Shown here piece after piece: positions 60,400 through 64,000 of a stretch of 64,000 nt of DNA (positions are counted from its first letter, which is position 1; every line of letters begins with the position of its first letter). The position numbers and the translations under genes are program-made. Origin of the DNA: Myxococcota bacterium (GTDB lineage Bacteria; Myxococcota_A; UBA9042; PHBI01; JAWLBL01); assembly GCA_041687695.1 (NCBI GenBank), contig JAWLBL010000028.1, forward strand, positions 32,001-96,000. The letters are read 5' to 3'. The notes beneath the pieces are model-generated. The model had not been told where the DNA came from. It worked only from the letters and a program-made list of their open reading frames with translations, and ran no database searches.

Positions 60400-61404
60400 T
60401 CAGGGCTGGGCGGTCAGGGTCGTCTCGAAGGTGCGGCCCTGGCCCGTGGCCGCGAAGCGCAGCTGGTTGATGAGCACGGCCTGGCAGCTCTTCTTGGTCG
60501 GCTTCACGTCGGTGCCGACGAGCTTGCCGGCGCCGTCCGCCCCGACCTCGATCTGCAGGGTCGTCGCCTCGCGGTCCGGATCGCAGCGGAGCAGGCGCGA
60601 GGCCTCGCGGCGCACGACCCCGCCGTCGTCGAGCACGGCGAAGGTGCCCAGGAAGCGGTCGAAGTCGGCGGCGGCCGTGTCGAACTGGTCCGGCTGGGCG
60701 CTGTAGGCGAGGACGACCAGGATGGGCAGGTAGACGGTGTCGCGTCCGACCTGCTTGACCGGGTGGCGGAAGGGCGCGCGCACGAAGACGTAGCGCGTCC
60801 GGCGGAGCGGCTGCGCGTCGGGGGCGGGGTTCGCGCCGGCGAAGGTCTCGAGGACGAAGTCGAGCGCGTCGTGGCCCGAGACCTGCACGCGCTGCTGCGA
60901 GGTGATGCGCCCGGACTCGGCGGACTTGACGGCGGCGGCCGCCGCGTTCGGGCCGGCTACGGTGACGAGGAAGCTGGTCGCGAGGTCCTCGACGATGTTG
61001 TGGGCGAGGACCTCGAGGTCGGTGTCGGCCTGGTTGCGCTCGAGCGGCAGCGAGCGCAGGTAGATGAGGGCTCCGGTGCGCCGGTGTTCGAGGCGCAGGT
61101 CGTAGCGCGGGAACTCGCCGAGCTTGTCGGGGACCCCGTCGCCGGTCACGTCGACCTCCATGGTGGCCACGTAGGCGTTGCCCGACTTCATGTCCACCGG
61201 GCGGCCGCTGGCGTCGAGGCGGTAGTTCTCGACGGCCCAGTCGTCGGAGACGAACCGGAACCGCGCCGTGTCGGTGTAGGCGACCCGGTAGGGGTACATC
61301 GAGTGGTGTACGCCGTCGTCGCGGACGACGGTGCCGGCGGAGCCGCCGCAGGCGGCGGCGGAGAGGCTGACGAGGGACAGCACGACGAGGGCGAGGCGGC
61401 TCAA
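60400..61404 (-). CDS. Hypothetical lipoprotein (paralogue 1)
   Basis: TTG start with AGGAGA RBS; lipobox AAAC|G; shares VRDDGVH, YPYR, VENY, PRYDLRLEHR, RAPFRHPVKQVGRDTV, KKSCQAVL and LRFAATG with its neighbour. Confidence 0.8.
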   Translation of the reverse strand: MSRLALVVLSLVSLSAAACGGSAGTVVRDDGVHHSMYPYRVAYTDTARFRFVSDDWAVENYRLDASGRPVDMKSGNAYVATMEVDVTGDGVPDKLGEFPRYDLRLEHRRTGALIYLRSLPLERNQADTDLEVLAHNIVEDLATSFLVTVAGPNAAAAAVKSAESGRITSQQRVQVSGHDALDFVLETFAGANPAPDAQPLRRTRYVFVRAPFRHPVKQVGRDTVYLPILVVLAYSAQPDQFDTAAADFDRFLGTFAVLDDGGVVRREASRLLRCDPDREATTLQIEVGADGAGKLVGTDVKPTKKSCQAVLINQLRFAATGQGRTFETTLTAQP

Positions 61405-61502
61405 GGCGAAGGTCTCCTGCTGAGAGCGGCGGCGCCCGACGAGACGTCTGGCGCCGCCGGCGGACCTTCGCCCAAGGCTCGCGGCTACGTCAAGCGGCTC
61501 CG

Positions 61503-63467
61503 TCAGCGGGCCGGGGCCTCCCAGGGGAGGTCGTCCTCTTCGAGGTACGTGTACCCGGACAGCGACGAGTCGTAGCGCTGCATCAGGGCGCGCGACTCCT
61601 CGAGGCTGATGCGCCCCTCGCGCAGGCTCTGCTCGGTCGCCATGCGGACGCGCGCGATGAGGTCGGCGCGCGAGTACTCGACGTAGCCGAGCACCTCGTT
61701 GACGCTGTCGCCCTCGACGACGTGCTTGAGCGTGTAGCCGCTGTCGGTCACGTCGACGTGCACCGTGTGCGTGTCGCCGAAGAGGTTGTGGAGGTCGCCC
61801 AGGATCTCTTGATAGGCGCCCAGCAGGAACACGCCCAGGTAGTACGGCTGCCCGTTGAGCGGGTGCATGGGCAGCCAGTCGCGCACGTCGCGGAGGTCGA
61901 TGAACTCGTCCATCTTGCCGTCCGAGTCGCACGTGACGTCGACCAGGACGCCGCGGCGGGTCGGGCGCTCGTTGAGCCGGTGGATGGGCATCACCGGGAA
62001 CAGGTGCTTGACCGCCCAGTGGTCGGGGACCGACTGGAAGATGGAGAAGTTGCAGAAGTAGGTGTCCGACAGATTGGCGGGCAGATCCGCCAGGTCGTCG
62101 GGCACATAGTCGAGCTCTTCCGTGGTCCGCAGGATCTTGAAGAAGATCTGCATCGTCAGCGCCTCGGCCCGGGCGCGCTCCTGCAGGTTCAGCATGCCGT
62201 GGTTGAAGAGCTGGATGGCCTCGTCGCGCAGCGTGACCGCGTCGTGGTAGGCCTCCTGGTAGCGCTTGCGGGTCACGCTGTGGAACGCGTCGTACAGATC
62301 GCTGAGGACGCGGTGGTCCTCTTCGCCCGGCTTCTCCGGCTCGGACTGCGGCACCAGCTCGTTGACGCCGAGCACGTTGAACAGCAGCACCGAGTGGTGC
62401 GCCACCAGCGCGCGCCCCGACTCGCTGACGATGACCGGGTGCGGGACCTCGCTCTCGTCGCAGATGTCCATCAGGACGCTGACGACGTCGTTGGCGTACT
62501 CCTGCTCGGAGTAGTTGCGCGAGCTGTGGAAGTTCGACCGCGACCCGTCGTAGTCGACCGCCAGGCCGCCACCCACGTCGATGTAGCGCATGTTGGCGCC
62601 CATCGTGGCGAGCGAGACGTAAAAGCGCCCCGCCTCGCGCAGGGCGTCCTTGATGGCGCGGATGGTCGTGATCTGGCTGCCGATGTGGAAGTGCAGCAGC
62701 TGCAGGCAGTCGAGCATGTCGTGCTCGCGCAGCTTGTCGACCAGGCGCACCATCTCGGTGGTGGTCAGGCCGAACTTGCTGCGCTCGCCCGACGACTCGT
62801 TCCAGCGGCCCGCGCCACGGGCGGCCAGCTTGGCGCGCGCGCCGATGACCGGGCGGATGCCCAGCTTGCGCGCCGCGGCGATGGCCATGTCCGCCTCCTC
62901 GTAGCGGTCGATGACGATGATGCAGTTGCGGCCCAGCTTGCGGGCGAGCAGCGCCGTCTCGACGTACTCGGAGTCTTTGTAGCCGTTGCAGATGATGAGG
63001 GCCTCTGGGTCCTCGACCATCGCCAGGGCCACCAGCAGCTCGGGCTTGGACCCCGCCTCGAGGCCGACGTTGTACGGCCGGCCGAAGTGCAGGATCTCCT
63101 CGACGACGTGGCGCTGCTGGTTCACCTTGATCGGCATCACCGCGCGGTAGGGCGCCTTGTAGCCGTACTCGGCGATGGCCGTCCTGAACGCCTCGCACAA
63201 CACGGCCACGCGCGAGGCGAGGATGTCCGAGAAGCGGATGAGCAGCGGCATCGCGAGGCCGCGCTTGACGAGATCGTCCGCGAGCTCCTTGAGGTCGACC
63301 CGCGGGCCGCTCGGGCCCTTGGGGTGCACCACGAGGTCACCGCGGTCGTTGATGCCGAAATATTCGCCGCCCCAGCCCTCGACGTTGTAAAGTTCGAGCG
63401 CGTCGCGCAGGCCCCAGGTGTGCATGTCCAGCTTCGCCACTTCTTCGTGCCCTCCACCCTCTGACAA
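61503..63467 (-). CDS. speA: Biosynthetic arginine decarboxylase
   Basis: PIKVNQ (PLP lysine), GLEAGSKPEL, CNGYKD, SKFGL, HFHIGSQI, DVGGGL, ESGRA, TCDSDG, GAYQEILGDLHNLFGD; start 63467 (TTG) or 63425 (ATG). Confidence 0.96.
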   Translation of the reverse strand: MSEGGGHEEVAKLDMHTWGLRDALELYNVEGWGGEYFGINDRGDLVVHPKGPSGPRVDLKELADDLVKRGLAMPLLIRFSDILASRVAVLCEAFRTAIAEYGYKAPYRAVMPIKVNQQRHVVEEILHFGRPYNVGLEAGSKPELLVALAMVEDPEALIICNGYKDSEYVETALLARKLGRNCIIVIDRYEEADMAIAAARKLGIRPVIGARAKLAARGAGRWNESSGERSKFGLTTTEMVRLVDKLREHDMLDCLQLLHFHIGSQITTIRAIKDALREAGRFYVSLATMGANMRYIDVGGGLAVDYDGSRSNFHSSRNYSEQEYANDVVSVLMDICDESEVPHPVIVSESGRALVAHHSVLLFNVLGVNELVPQSEPEKPGEEDHRVLSDLYDAFHSVTRKRYQEAYHDAVTLRDEAIQLFNHGMLNLQERARAEALTMQIFFKILRTTEELDYVPDDLADLPANLSDTYFCNFSIFQSVPDHWAVKHLFPVMPIHRLNERPTRRGVLVDVTCDSDGKMDEFIDLRDVRDWLPMHPLNGQPYYLGVFLLGAYQEILGDLHNLFGDTHTVHVDVTDSGYTLKHVVEGDSVNEVLGYVEYSRADLIARVRMATEQSLREGRISLEESRALMQRYDSSLSGYTYLEEDDLPWEAPAR

Positions 63468-63494
63468 GGGAGGCCCGAAGGTGGGACCGGATGC

Positions 63495-64000
63495 CTACCG
63501 CGTCAAGCGGTTCCAGAGCCCCGGCGGGATCACGGCCTGCTTGTTGGCCTCCTGATACATCTTCAGGACGTGCTGCAGGCCCCGCAGCAGCTGCTCGACC
63601 GATCCGGGCCGCTCGGGCGTCTGCCGCTTGAGGCACTTGGCCACCAGCATGTCCGCCTCGTCCGGCAGCCCGCGCACCAGGTTGCGCAGCTTCTCGGAGG
63701 GCAGCCTCCCGTGGCCGCGCAGGTAGTCCATGACGGCCTCGGGCCGGTCGGCGACCTCGAGGTGCTTGCGCCCCGCCGTCAGCTCGTACAGCAGCGCTCC
63801 CAGCCCGTACATGTCCACCGTCGGCGCCAGCGGCTTGCCCTCGGCCTCCTCGGGCGCGACGAACGCCCCGTGCCCGATGAACGCCGGCCGCCCCCCGTGC
63901 ATCGGCGGGTCGCCGGCCCGCACGACCAGGTCCAGCTTGATGATCCGCGCCTCGAGCGACCCGTCCTCGCGCGCCGTCACCTCGACGTTGTCGGGGCGCA
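63495..64000 (-). CDS. Ser/Thr kinase-like protein, C-terminal part (partial)
   Basis: RPDNV, FVAPEE, DMYGLGALLYELTAG, KCL...ERP; the DFG position reads KLD. Confidence 0.8.
   Translation of the reverse strand, partial: RPDNVEVTAREDGSLEARIIKLDLVVRAGDPPMHGGRPAFIGHGAFVAPEEAEGKPLAPTVDMYGLGALLYELTAGRKHLEVADRPEAVMDYLRGHGRLPSEKLRNLVRGLPDEADMLVAKCLKRQTPERPGSVEQLLRGLQHVLKMYQEANKQAVIPPGLWNRLTR

Overview
Very GC-rich bacterial chromosomal window. It is most consistent with Myxococcota, based on MYXO-CTERM tags, Cys-rich lipoproteins, TSP3/OmpA surface proteins and eukaryotic-like kinase domains. About 43 genes are supported. Housekeeping genes (pckA, clpS-clpA, purB, class I fumarase, apaG, speA, RluA and RsmC families, a CDF transporter, a P-type ATPase) are interspersed with many secreted or lipoprotein genes. 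No rRNA, tRNA, CRISPR array or transposase gene was found. Most notable observations: (1) a 3784-aa surface protein with an internal MYXO-CTERM tag immediately followed by a second signal-peptide-like segment and a TraB-like barrel/TSP3/OmpA module, which suggests a polyprotein; (2) two small non-autonomous elements (7971-8156 and 30228-30399) with unrelated terminal repeats and target duplications but the same four-hairpin REPIN-like core with compensatory substitutions, one inserted precisely into the loop of another palindromic repeat; (3) an orphan LynF/TruF/PatF-like prenyltransferase candidate translationally coupled to an unannotated 36-aa ORF; (4) a coupled Kazal inhibitor (P1 Arg) and trypsin-like MYXO-CTERM protease pair; (5) two pseudokinases and a PHM-like copper monooxygenase lipoprotein. 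All family calls come from reading motifs by eye; no database searches were run.
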